Origin: a virus
Virus record (IMG/VR): IMGVR_UViG_3300030107_004423
Span: 18,924 to 82,923 of that record
Direction: 5' to 3' (one strand)
Length of the DNA: 64,000 nucleotides
The stretch's first letter is position 1. Every line of letters begins with the position of its first letter. The notes under the pieces were generated by a model. The model searched no databases. It was not told where the DNA came from and worked only from the letters and a program-made list of their open reading frames with translations. A program made the translations under genes and the position numbers. This document shows, one piece after another, positions 28,550-37,786 of this stretch.

Positions 28550-28762
28550 ATGTATTTGTATGAGGTGTTTATGATAGTTGAGTCAACTGCTCTTACTGCA
28601 ATATTAAACACTAAGTTAGTCAAAGTGGCAAATGTCATGGCGAAGAACTCAAGTTATGCTTGTCGTAGAGCTAGGTTACATTATGATATTGAATCTGAAC
28701 AGCAATTAGTTGCCTATCAGAGGGTGAGATATAATCATCCAATCATAGATGATGATGACTAA
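28550..28762 (+). CDS. hypothetical early protein
   Basis: TAAGGAG RBS. Confidence 0.55.
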   Translation: MYLYEVFMIVESTALTAILNTKLVKVANVMAKNSSYACRRARLHYDIESEQQLVAYQRVRYNHPIIDDDD

Positions 28763-28829
28763 ATTAACTCCTTGGGGGATGGAGAGAAATTCCCCCCTTA
28801 ATTATTAATTAAAAGAAAAGGAGTAGTAA

Positions 28830-29108
28830 ATGTTCGTAAAATTACAAGTAAATAAGTTTTATAACTTAAATGAAATAAGATCAGTTGAGATAGTACCATT
28901 TGATAGTCTAGGTACAGATTTAAATAGATCATACATAGCAATATATTATGTAGAAAGACATCCTGATGGTGAATTAAATGACACATTATATTATGGTGAT
29001 GATTGTAAGCATGATAATAATCAGTTTAGAAAGGACGTTGAAGAGATTTATAGAGCTACACACACTAAGATGTGGACAGCTGATCGCCAAGCATTTAAAT
29101 TTGAATAA
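28830..29108 (+). CDS. hypothetical early protein
   Basis: AAGGAG RBS, 92 aa. Confidence 0.7.
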   Translation: MFVKLQVNKFYNLNEIRSVEIVPFDSLGTDLNRSYIAIYYVERHPDGELNDTLYYGDDCKHDNNQFRKDVEEIYRATHTKMWTADRQAFKFE

Positions 29109-29132
29109 TAGTAGCCTGTGAGCTATCTTCAA

Positions 29133-29590
29133 GGGAGAGTGAGGTAAGTACGATTGCTCCTTTCGCTTACCTCCTCCTGCAGTTTTAATATTATCTACCA
29201 TAATAGATATTTGAATCATAGACTTTTGGGGAAAGGTTGGTGATCTAGTATTGTGTTCTGACCGAAGATTATGGTAGTAATAAAGCCCTCTTAATAGCCA
29301 AGTGTTGTATGAATAGATATTGGAGTGTCTATAAGTACAAATTTACCACAAAGCCGTGACTTGAGAGGGTATAATTTAAGGGCATAAGAATATCTACAAA
29401 ATGTTATTATAAAGACATTTATAATGGGCTAGTAGATAACACCATACTGATGAGTATGTGGCTCTTATGTCCTAAACATTACACTCTAGAGCTAAGAGTG
29501 GAGTAGGTTAATGGCACAAGCTCTGATGGTTGAATCCTGGGATATATATTGATCAACTTATGAATGCTGTTAGCTAGGGTATGTAAATGT
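29133..29590 (+). ncRNA. tandem array of structured RNA-like domains
   Basis: five consecutive stem-closed units; mismatches in the closing stems read as G-U on + strand; no long ORF. Confidence 0.6.
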
Positions 29591-29644
29591 ATTAATAACA
29601 ATGCAATAGGCGGAAGGACAACACGAGAGTGATAACAAATACCG

Positions 29645-29875
29645 ATGAGCAACAATGAACATAAATTTCACAGGTTATCCTCCATTAATACAGCCTGTGA
29701 TGTACATAGAAAAGAGGTAGCAATGAATAAAGATAGATGGTATGAGTATTGTGATGATATTGGTTGTATATGTCAAGGCCGTGATTATGAAATAATTAAA
29801 CATAACATGCTAGACGGATGGTCAAGAGAAATGTCTGAAGCATTGTTAGGTGAACATAAATATGGAGGTATGTAA
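29645..29875 (+). CDS. hypothetical protein (start may be 29723)
   Basis: AGAGGT RBS before internal Met. Confidence 0.5.
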   Translation: MSNNEHKFHRLSSINTACDVHRKEVAMNKDRWYEYCDDIGCICQGRDYEIIKHNMLDGWSREMSEALLGEHKYGGM

Positions 29876-30110
29876 TGACAGATGCAATGTATGATTTATT
29901 ATATATTATAGATATAGTATCGCAATGTGTATTAAGTGGGAGTATTATGATGTATGTTGTATATCATATAATAAAGAAATGAATAAATTAGATAATGTTA
30001 GTAAATATTATTTATTAATGGATTACTATTTATTAAGCTTTATGTTCGCTGACTATAAGAATGATAATAGATACTCACTGATAGTTAAAGAGCTAAATAG
30101 GAGATATAAT

Positions 30111-30251
30111 ATGATACCCTGCAAATGTATACAATGTGATATAGATATAGAGGATGCAACAGAAGCATTTTGTGAGAAATGTTTAAAGCGTGGTCCTAAA
30201 GATAAACTTAAAAAACTAATAAGAAAGGGAGTAGTTAATGAAAGAAGATAG
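30111..30251 (+). CDS. small zinc-finger protein (CxxC..CxxC)
   Basis: AGGAG RBS; MIPCKCIQC..FCEKC; 3' part of ORF-track 29925..30251. Confidence 0.55.
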   Translation: MIPCKCIQCDIDIEDATEAFCEKCLKRGPKDKLKKLIRKGVVNERR

Positions 30252-30552
30252 AGTATATTGGCTGCAAGGCTGGGAAGGTAGAGTAATTCAAGGTGGTTTA
30301 TATCGTAGTGATATAGCTGCAGTAATTAAACTACAAGAACAACATATAAATGGTCATGTAGTAGGTATTAAAATAAGTGAGAAAGAATCAGGTAAAGATA
30401 ATTATACAATTCAATTTATAATAAATACCGAAGATCAAATAGCTACTAATTATGAAAACAAAAAAGAGATGAATAAGCAATACGATGATAAACATAGAAC
30501 TACTGAATTTACAGAAGGCAAGTTATTTAAAGAGGATGATGATAATGTATAA
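30238..30552 (+). CDS. hypothetical protein
   Basis: 104 aa with RBS. Confidence 0.65.
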   Translation: MKEDRVYWLQGWEGRVIQGGLYRSDIAAVIKLQEQHINGHVVGIKISEKESGKDNYTIQFIINTEDQIATNYENKKEMNKQYDDKHRTTEFTEGKLFKEDDDNV

Positions 30553-30690
30553 AAAAGATAACGAAAAATGGGAAGAAGTACCAATGGAAGATTTATGGGA
30601 AGATGGTGAATTAACTGAACAAGAGGTAGCAACTACATTATTTGTAAGAGTAAGGAATCAAGGTATTTGGAAAATAATAAGGAGAATACA

Positions 30691-30987
30691 ATGAGTTATT
30701 ACAATACTAACAAGTTGATGGGTAAAGATCTAGAAACAGCTATTAATAAAGCTAAATCACAGGAATCACAGCTAGAGCTACACATGAAAGTTAACTCTAA
30801 TAATAGCTACACACCATTTCAATTACAAGAAGCATTTATTACAGATTATAATATAATATTTCCTATAACATCTGTACGTAGAGCTTTAACTAACCTTACT
30901 AATAATAATATTCTTATTAAAAGTGAGAAAACAGTCATTGGTGATTATGGTAGTCCTAATCATACATGGCAATATAAGGAGAAATAA
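30691..30987 (+). CDS. winged helix-turn-helix DNA-binding protein
   Basis: TPFQLQ..PITSVRRALTNL..LIKS..G.YG.P...W pattern; TAAGGAG RBS. Confidence 0.6.
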   Translation: MSYYNTNKLMGKDLETAINKAKSQESQLELHMKVNSNNSYTPFQLQEAFITDYNIIFPITSVRRALTNLTNNNILIKSEKTVIGDYGSPNHTWQYKEK

Positions 30988-31172
30988 TGGCACTTGGAGA
31001 AGTTAGAAAGCGTACTATTACTATGTACGATAAAATGATTAAATATTATAAAAATAACATTGGAGAGATAAGTGAATATGGCAATACTGTTATTACTGAA
31101 GATCTAATAAAGAATATTGAAAAGAGAAGATCTGAATTGTCTGAAACTTATGATAGCCGATGGGTAAGATAA
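30987..31172 (+). CDS. hypothetical protein
   Basis: 61 aa, TAATG-coupled. Confidence 0.6.
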   Translation: MALGEVRKRTITMYDKMIKYYKNNIGEISEYGNTVITEDLIKNIEKRRSELSETYDSRWVR

Positions 31173-31201
31173 AATCTTATTACTGGAAAGAAAGCATATC
31201 A

Positions 31202-31234
31202 TTTGATGATAGTTTAAATGACTATTTATATTAT
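31202..31234 (+). promoter_or_regulatory. putative promoter TTTG-N20-TTATATTAT
   Basis: repeated motif upstream of a two-gene operon. Confidence 0.5.
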
Positions 31235-31703
31235 ATGCATGTTAAAGAACAACAAGAAAAAGGAGAACGTAGTGAAGCAAAAATACGTAAAGTATCAACA
31301 AGGAGATGTGTTGATGTTAAGAATAAATGATAATGAAGAAATGATGGACTCATTTATTAAGTTTAATGGTAAAAGTACCATTCATAGTAGAAAAAATCCA
31401 AAAGAATCATCTGTTGCTACATTAGCATTGGGTGAGGCAACTGGACATCATCATTCTATAGATGTAATGCATGATGAAAATAAAGATGTAGAAGTTACTA
31501 GACACTTTAATAATTGGGGATGGAATAATAGAAATAATCAAGGCTTAGGTCGAGTTCCTGAATATTTTGAAGTATCTGGCTCTGAAGCAACTATTAAGCA
31601 TCAAGAACATGAAGCTATTACATTACCAGAAGGTGTTTATAGAGTTAGAATAGTTAAAGAATATGATCCATTCTCTAACACAGTAAGTGGGGTAGCAGAC
31701 TAA
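31218..31703 (+). CDS. His-rich conserved protein (QGDV..GEATGHHH..HQEH..LPEGVY..EYDP), partner of DUF6745-like gene; likely GTG start near 31272
   Basis: motif series recognised by eye. Confidence 0.7.
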   Translation: MTIYIICMLKNNKKKENVVKQKYVKYQQGDVLMLRINDNEEMMDSFIKFNGKSTIHSRKNPKESSVATLALGEATGHHHSIDVMHDENKDVEVTRHFNNWGWNNRNNQGLGRVPEYFEVSGSEATIKHQEHEAITLPEGVYRVRIVKEYDPFSNTVSGVAD

Positions 31704-32728
31704 TGTATAAAAATATAAAAACACTTATGAGGCATGGTAAAGTAAATGAAGCTCTTATCTGTAGAGGTGGTGCTAAATTCATGTATAATATGTTTTATTT
31801 TGTCAAAATGGCTAAAAATAAGATAAATGTATACAAAGGCAATACATGGCAACAAGGAAAGTATGTAAAAACTCCTGTAGCTAAATTAACCAATGAATAT
31901 ATTATGTTATGTCCAAGAACTGCTTCTGAAAGATATAATAGACCTCCTGATGAAGCTCAAATAGCTAGAAAATGGGATATCTGGGATATTGGATCATTCT
32001 TATCTCTTAATCTATTATATAATACTTATACTAGATATAGCAGAGGATATGACATAGTACATGCAAATGGTAATGAGTTTATTCCATTTTCAAATAAAAT
32101 GAAGTTTGATTGGAATGGAAAGCTAATATCTAAAATACCTAAATGGGCTAATGAAAAGTATAATCAATATTTAGATGAAGATAAGTCTATTAGAAATAAT
32201 GGTGCTAAAGCTAGATATCATGATAAGAAAGCTATTGAAAGATATGAGGCTTCTGAAGGTAATTTTGAATATATACCTATTGATGATGTATTTAAGCATC
32301 GTAATTCAGATAGAAGGCGTAGATTAATAAATCACTTTGGTATAGAACAAGTATTGTCTCCATATAAGCAAAATGTATTAGATAAAGCTACTGTTAATGG
32401 ACTACCATATGAATTGGTACAAATAACAATACCATTATCATGGAGTGAATGGTCAGGACAATCACAAACAGTTCATCCAGACAAAGTATGTACATATCTT
32501 AAAATGACCAATCCTAGTACAGGAGAGTATCATTTAGAAGGTGTTGCTACTAAAGCTGATAATAACTGGGATCATATAGCTGATCTTACTGTTAAATCTG
32601 CTCTTGCATGGAGAGATGGTGAAAATGAAAATACTAGATTCACCCCACTTGATATGCCTGATGGAGTAGCTGAACATGATGGTGGATTGTCTGATTATGC
32701 TTATGTAGAGCCTACAACATTAACCTAA
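31703..32728 (+). CDS. DUF6745-like domain protein
   Basis: N.D.RR.LI..FG.E..L, LKMTNPSTG..H...V and T...ALAW motifs in C-terminal half. Confidence 0.65.
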   Translation: MYKNIKTLMRHGKVNEALICRGGAKFMYNMFYFVKMAKNKINVYKGNTWQQGKYVKTPVAKLTNEYIMLCPRTASERYNRPPDEAQIARKWDIWDIGSFLSLNLLYNTYTRYSRGYDIVHANGNEFIPFSNKMKFDWNGKLISKIPKWANEKYNQYLDEDKSIRNNGAKARYHDKKAIERYEASEGNFEYIPIDDVFKHRNSDRRRRLINHFGIEQVLSPYKQNVLDKATVNGLPYELVQITIPLSWSEWSGQSQTVHPDKVCTYLKMTNPSTGEYHLEGVATKADNNWDHIADLTVKSALAWRDGENENTRFTPLDMPDGVAEHDGGLSDYAYVEPTTLT

Positions 32729-32738
32729 GGAGGGTTAC

Positions 32739-32903
32739 ATGACAGAGGAGATGATGATAACTGATAATAAAGATGGTGTTATTGCAACACGTAATCGCAT
32801 ATCAGTTACTGTTGATAGAGAGAGCAACGTAGTTTCAATGAAAGACCTAGAGTATACTTTTGAAGATATATTTGCTTTGGCAGATAAACTTAAAAACATT
32901 TAG
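32739..32903 (+). CDS. small hypothetical protein, 54 aa
   Basis: TAAGGAGG RBS. Confidence 0.6.
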   Translation: MTEEMMITDNKDGVIATRNRISVTVDRESNVVSMKDLEYTFEDIFALADKLKNI

Positions 32904-32926
32904 AGGTAATTTGAATTGAAGCTACA

Positions 32927-32979
32927 TGGGAGGTGTAATAAAGGTTGTAAAAAACCCTGCACCTCCCCCTTTTCTCTTT
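32927..32979 (+). terminator. intrinsic terminator
   Basis: GGGAGGTGTA..TGCACCTCCC followed by T-rich tract. Confidence 0.65.
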
Positions 32980-33007
32980 GATAGATATCATGAAAGTATT
33001 ATATTAT
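32977..33007 (+). promoter_or_regulatory. putative promoter TTTG-N18-TTATATTAT
   Basis: third copy of motif, directly after a terminator and upstream of replication genes. Confidence 0.45.
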
Positions 33008-33268
33008 GCAGATGGAAAACAACCAAGAATATAATATTGATGATGAAATTATAAAGGTCTATTTAAAAGTTTATTTAAATGCTTTAGAACTAAAAAAAGA
33101 CCCTAAAGTCATAAACATTATTCAAAAGAGAATGATGTTTTTAGTAAAAAGAAAAAGAATAGATAATAATTAAATCCAGTATGGGAATCCATGCTATAAG
33201 GAACTAGACATCCATAGAAGATTCCGTCTAGGCTGGTATATTATCTAATTTCACAACAGGAGAACCCA

Positions 33269-33733
33269 ATGGAAGAACAATCGCAAGAAGTAATTCCTGC
33301 TGTCCAACAGGTCCCGCCAGAAAACACGAACTCTGAGTGGAAATCTGACCAAATCGACAAGCTAGCAGGAGCTTTAGCAAAGGCACAGTCTGAAATAAGA
33401 GGTGCAGCTAAGAAAAGTAAAAATCCATTCTTTAATAGTAATTATGCTGATTTACATACAGTAATAGAATCTTGTATGCCACAATTAAGCAAGAATGGTA
33501 TATCTGTAGTTCAAGGAACTGATTTCAATAGAACAGATGGATGGTTTGTAACAACAATGTTGATGCATTCATCAGGACAATGGATAAAGAGTAGTTGTAA
33601 GATCATATTAGGCCCAAAGCAGGATATTCAAGCATTAGGTAGCGCAATAACATATGGTAGAAGATATGGATTGTCATCTATAGCTGGTATAGGTCAATTT
33701 GATGATGATGGTAATAGTATTTCAAAAAAATAA
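33269..33733 (+). CDS. erf: ERF-family single-strand annealing recombinase
   Basis: KNPFFNSNYADL and QALGSAITYGRRYGL..IAGI..DDDGN signatures. Confidence 0.9.
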   Translation: MEEQSQEVIPAVQQVPPENTNSEWKSDQIDKLAGALAKAQSEIRGAAKKSKNPFFNSNYADLHTVIESCMPQLSKNGISVVQGTDFNRTDGWFVTTMLMHSSGQWIKSSCKIILGPKQDIQALGSAITYGRRYGLSSIAGIGQFDDDGNSISKK

Positions 33734-33744
33734 AGGAGAGCTAA

Positions 33745-34293
33745 ATGGCTATTAAGACAATGTCTGCCTCAACTGGAGGTGGAAGTAAATATTCTGAAGG
33801 GTGGCATGAAGCTACTATATCTAAAGCAGAATATGGTGACTGGAATGGTAAAAAGTATCTAGAAGTATGGTTTGATGGTTATGGTGAGTACCAAACTATG
33901 AAAGTTTGGGAAACTATAAGTTCAAAAGATAATGAAGAATTTGCTATAGCTAGAGTATTTAAATATGCTCAAGCAGGCATTATAGCAGTTCTTGATGATC
34001 CTACTGGCAAAAGACCAATAATTCAATTTGACGATGAGGCTCAAGGATTAGTAGGTAAGAATGTATCTATATACTTATATCCTGATCCAAAGAAACCTCA
34101 GTATAATAGAATATCTAGTGAATGTGCACCTATTCCAGGAAAATATGAGCATATGACATTCAGTGAAGACATTTGTAATAGTATTCAAACTGGTGCAGCT
34201 AAGAGATTAGAAACATATTTAGCTAAAAAAGCTAATAATGTTACAGTCCCAGTTACAGAAACTAATACACAATCAGCTGATATCCCTTTCTAA
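33745..34293 (+). CDS. single-stranded DNA-binding protein (putative)
   Basis: follows erf; beta-rich core and C-terminal DIPF tail. Confidence 0.7.
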   Translation: MAIKTMSASTGGGSKYSEGWHEATISKAEYGDWNGKKYLEVWFDGYGEYQTMKVWETISSKDNEEFAIARVFKYAQAGIIAVLDDPTGKRPIIQFDDEAQGLVGKNVSIYLYPDPKKPQYNRISSECAPIPGKYEHMTFSEDICNSIQTGAAKRLETYLAKKANNVTVPVTETNTQSADIPF

Positions 34294-34315
34294 AAGATAT
34301 AAAGGTAAAGTAATT

Positions 34316-34354
34316 AGGGGATATAAGTTTTAGCCGACCCAATGTCCCCTTTTT
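34316..34354 (+). terminator. intrinsic terminator
   Basis: AGGGGATAT..ATGTCCCCT followed by T run. Confidence 0.6.
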
Positions 34355-34369
34355 ACATTAAGGAGAATA

Positions 34370-34552
34370 ATGAAATTAAAAAAAGCAATAGAAAATCTAT
34401 TAATTATGTATATGCCTGAAGAGAAAAGACACTTTGAAGAATCTTCTAAAATGGCTATGGATCATAATATAGATGTAGGTGAAAATGATCATATATATTT
34501 CTCCTTTTATAGACTAAAGATTGGTTTAGAGAGAGGAGAATTTGATGATTAA
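34370..34552 (+). CDS. hypothetical protein
   Basis: TAAGGAG RBS. Confidence 0.65.
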   Translation: MKLKKAIENLLIMYMPEEKRHFEESSKMAMDHNIDVGENDHIYFSFYRLKIGLERGEFDD

Positions 34553-36293
34553 AGAGTTTGCATTTGGATTATCAAATAGACATCACTTTAGTGATTCAGC
34601 AGATATGGAGAAGTATGCTGGTATGGCTCAAGATACATTTATGTCACTGTATGATTATGATGCTCATGTGGTAGATTATGTAAAGAAAAATCATACATTA
34701 TCATCTTATGATGGGATGCTTTACATGCCTAATGAATATATATTAGATGTAGATGGTTCAAACTCAGAAGAAGCGAGACAGGCAGCTATTGGTTTGACTA
34801 TACTATTAGATGATATGTGCATACCATACCAGTTGTATTTCTCAGGAACAGGATTTCATTTAGGAATACCTGAAGCTGCATTTAGATGGAAACCATCACC
34901 TGATTTGCATTTAAAAGTAAAAGATGAGATGAAAGCACAAGGAATATATGAATATGCTGATGCATCGGTATCAGATAAAACAAGGCTTATTCGAATTGTC
35001 AATACTTTGAATAGTAAATCTAAGTTATGGAAAATACCATTAAAACCAAGTGAGTTACATGGAACTATAGATACTATATTAGAACTTGCAAAAACTAAAC
35101 GCTCAACATATGAATGGAACACAGCTGTTAGAGATAATGACTGTGAACCAGTATTTGACGTATTGAAAAGAAAAACTGTAGCTAGTGATAAAACATTTGA
35201 AACAGTAACTCTTGGCAGAAACCCTGATCCTATATGGTATACTTGTGTACAAAAGATGGTAGCAGGTAGTGCTCAAGGATCAAGACATCAGATAGCTTTA
35301 CGCATAGCAGCACATTTGCGTTGGAGATATCCAGAGCATATGGTAAGATTGGTAATGGAAGATTGGAGACAAAGAGTTGATCTTAAATCACACCCATTTA
35401 CTAAAGCTGAAATGGATAAAATAGTTACTGATTGTTATGAAGGTCATAATGGTAATGGATATAACTATGGTTGTTCAGATATTTGGATGGATAAATATTG
35501 TAGTACTAATTGTAGGCTTTATAAGTCTAAGAAATCACAAAATACTATGGATGCTAAAGCCATGGAAAAGGAATTAGTTGATTTTCTTACTACAAATCAT
35601 GATCCTATAAATATAGGCAAACCTTATGGACAAGATTTCCCTGTTTATCCAGGAGAAGTAGTAATTATACAGGCACCTCCTAAATCTATGAAAACAATGT
35701 TCTTACAGAATATAGTTAATATGTTCAAAAGAAACACTTATTTTGTAGAAATGGAGATGAGTCCACGTCAAATGTGGATGAGATTTGTAATGATGGAGAA
35801 TGATTGGGATGAAAAACAGTTAAAAGACCATTATAGTCAATATGCTAATGGTATAAGTCAGCAATTTGACTGGTTAACTGTAGATTATAACAGTTGTTTT
35901 CCACATGAATTACAAAAACGTATAATGTTACTACCAAGAAAGCCTGAAATAGTAGTTATAGACCATATGGGCTTATTAAGAAGTCAAAAATCAGATAATA
36001 ATATGAAAGTAGAGGAAGCTTCACAAGCATTAATGGAACTTGCTGTAAAAAATAATATTATCGTATTTGCTGTATCTGAAATAACTAAATCAGCTTTTCA
36101 AGAAGGTATGAATATAGCTTCAGCAAAAGGTTCATTTAGAGTAGCTTATAATGCAAATAAAGTGCTATCTATTACTCCATTTAAGGAGAAAGAGACTAAT
36201 TTAATTAGATCTTTAAGGATAGAAAGTACAGCTAATAGAGAAAAAGAGCATCTTGATGTTAATTTACCTGTTAAAGGAGCTAAAATAGGATGA
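34542..36293 (+). CDS. primase-helicase fusion (AEP primase/primpol + Cys-rich PriL/PriCT-like region + RecA/SF4-like helicase)
   Basis: AEP motifs LDVD, YFSGTGFH, D..V...TRLIR..NTLN.KS; four Cys cluster; Walker A-like APPKSMKT, Walker B VVIDH. Confidence 0.8.
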   Translation: MMIKEFAFGLSNRHHFSDSADMEKYAGMAQDTFMSLYDYDAHVVDYVKKNHTLSSYDGMLYMPNEYILDVDGSNSEEARQAAIGLTILLDDMCIPYQLYFSGTGFHLGIPEAAFRWKPSPDLHLKVKDEMKAQGIYEYADASVSDKTRLIRIVNTLNSKSKLWKIPLKPSELHGTIDTILELAKTKRSTYEWNTAVRDNDCEPVFDVLKRKTVASDKTFETVTLGRNPDPIWYTCVQKMVAGSAQGSRHQIALRIAAHLRWRYPEHMVRLVMEDWRQRVDLKSHPFTKAEMDKIVTDCYEGHNGNGYNYGCSDIWMDKYCSTNCRLYKSKKSQNTMDAKAMEKELVDFLTTNHDPINIGKPYGQDFPVYPGEVVIIQAPPKSMKTMFLQNIVNMFKRNTYFVEMEMSPRQMWMRFVMMENDWDEKQLKDHYSQYANGISQQFDWLTVDYNSCFPHELQKRIMLLPRKPEIVVIDHMGLLRSQKSDNNMKVEEASQALMELAVKNNIIVFAVSEITKSAFQEGMNIASAKGSFRVAYNANKVLSITPFKEKETNLIRSLRIESTANREKEHLDVNLPVKGAKIG

Positions 36294-36469
36294 TACAGAT
36301 AACAAAATGGATAGATCCACATGATAAGGTATGGCATAAAGGTAAACTTGTGCCTGCCTTTGATTGGCTAACAGATCTACAAGTAAAACTAGAAAAGTTA
36401 ACTAAAAAAAGAGTAACAATAAGAACTGATGAAGGCAAAGTAGCTTTATTCAGAGAAAGGTTAAGATGA
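36290..36469 (+). CDS. hypothetical protein, 59 aa (MIQITKWIDP..)
   Basis: ATGA overlaps on both sides; not in ORF track. Confidence 0.65.
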   Translation: MIQITKWIDPHDKVWHKGKLVPAFDWLTDLQVKLEKLTKKRVTIRTDEGKVALFRERLR

Positions 36470-37251
36470 AGAACCCATACGCAGAAATGCGAAAAGTACC
36501 TTTGAATTATGAAGGTATTCAATCATCTGCTTACTCTGTTCAATACCAAGAATCTCTTGATGAATGGAAAGAGGCAGGAGTTGTAGGTAATAATTACATG
36601 TTATTACCAAATATTAAAGTAAAAGAAGCTGCTGATGAAGTAGCTTTATTATCAAATATCCCATTTGAACATGATAAAACATTCTTTGATGGCAAAAGAT
36701 ATGTATATTCATTAAGATCTACAAACATTATAGGTAATGTTAAACCAGGAGATGATATGGCATTAGGTATTCAATTCTGGAATAGCTATGACGGCAGTAG
36801 ATCCTTTGGATTCTCTATGATGCTTTATAGATTAATATGTACTAATGGTATGCTAAGTAAACAATACTTTAATACTTTTAGATTTAAACATGAACCAAAT
36901 AGCAATGGATGGGAAGAAAGCTTAAATCAAGTAGTCAATACTATTAATTCCACATCTCAAAATGGTCTTGATAGTATGATAGGAAAATTAAAAAAGCTTG
37001 ATAATCTTAAAATAACATCTAAAGAACTAGGTAGAATTAGACATAAACATCTTTCTGATATACCGTCTGGTTTATGGGGAAATATTATAGATAGATTCTT
37101 AGATCCTTCTAAAGAATATCATTCAGAAACTAGTGGATGGGGATTACTTAATGCTGCTACAGATATATTGTGGCATAAAGATAAACCTACAATAGCTAGC
37201 TATAATCAGAATGCATCTATAGTAGATGGATTGTGTAAAGCAATATCATAA
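36466..37251 (+). CDS. DUF932/DUF945-family protein
   Basis: NSYDGS......RLICTNGM and W.L.NA.T motifs. Confidence 0.8.
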   Translation: MKNPYAEMRKVPLNYEGIQSSAYSVQYQESLDEWKEAGVVGNNYMLLPNIKVKEAADEVALLSNIPFEHDKTFFDGKRYVYSLRSTNIIGNVKPGDDMALGIQFWNSYDGSRSFGFSMMLYRLICTNGMLSKQYFNTFRFKHEPNSNGWEESLNQVVNTINSTSQNGLDSMIGKLKKLDNLKITSKELGRIRHKHLSDIPSGLWGNIIDRFLDPSKEYHSETSGWGLLNAATDILWHKDKPTIASYNQNASIVDGLCKAIS

Positions 37252-37346
37252 ACTTTCACACGAGCAGGTACGCTTCTTATAAAACGCCAATAATAAGTAT
37301 AGCAACTTACCTAATAGCTGCCTGCTCAACAATTTAAAGGAGAACA

Positions 37347-37574
37347 ATGGGAGTACGTTTTAGAGAAACCAAAGATAAAATAGGTGATTATAAAGATAGT
37401 ATGGATAATATTAACGAATCTATAAAAACCTTGAAAGAGAAAATAGAAATTCTTGAAGAAAGGTTAAGTAAGGCTGAAGGTATTATCAAAATTATTCATT
37501 ATGAATCAAACCCAGCATATCTTGAAGGTTTAAAATTTAAATACGAAGAAATGTATGGAGACAAAAATGAGTAA
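37347..37574 (+). CDS. coiled-coil hypothetical protein
   Basis: AAGGAG RBS. Confidence 0.65.
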   Translation: MGVRFRETKDKIGDYKDSMDNINESIKTLKEKIEILEERLSKAEGIIKIIHYESNPAYLEGLKFKYEEMYGDKNE

Positions 37575-37785
37575 AAATGTATTAAAAGGTGAAATGGATA
37601 ATGTAGAAAGAAGATCTAGCGCCAGAAAAACATACAATAAGGAAAGAATATATAGTAAAGAATATGCTTCATGCAAAGATGCTAATACTAGATTTATGAA
37701 GATGGCTAATTTAGCTTCTGATAATGGTAGATGTTGGTGGATATATAACTATATAATGGCTAATTCAAAATACAAAGGAAAATAA
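37555..37785 (+). CDS. hypothetical protein
   Basis: in operon. Confidence 0.6.
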   Translation: METKMSKNVLKGEMDNVERRSSARKTYNKERIYSKEYASCKDANTRFMKMANLASDNGRCWWIYNYIMANSKYKGK

Positions 37786-37786
37786 T

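Noticed and set aside
29443-29461. CTGATGAG resembling a hammerhead ribozyme core
   Set aside because: It forms the loop of a CATAC/GTATG hairpin and no correctly placed GAAA or stem II follows
29133-29590. CRISPR array or tRNA cluster
   Set aside because: No repeated sequence between units, and no T-loop (GTTCRA) or cloverleaf with CCA end was seen
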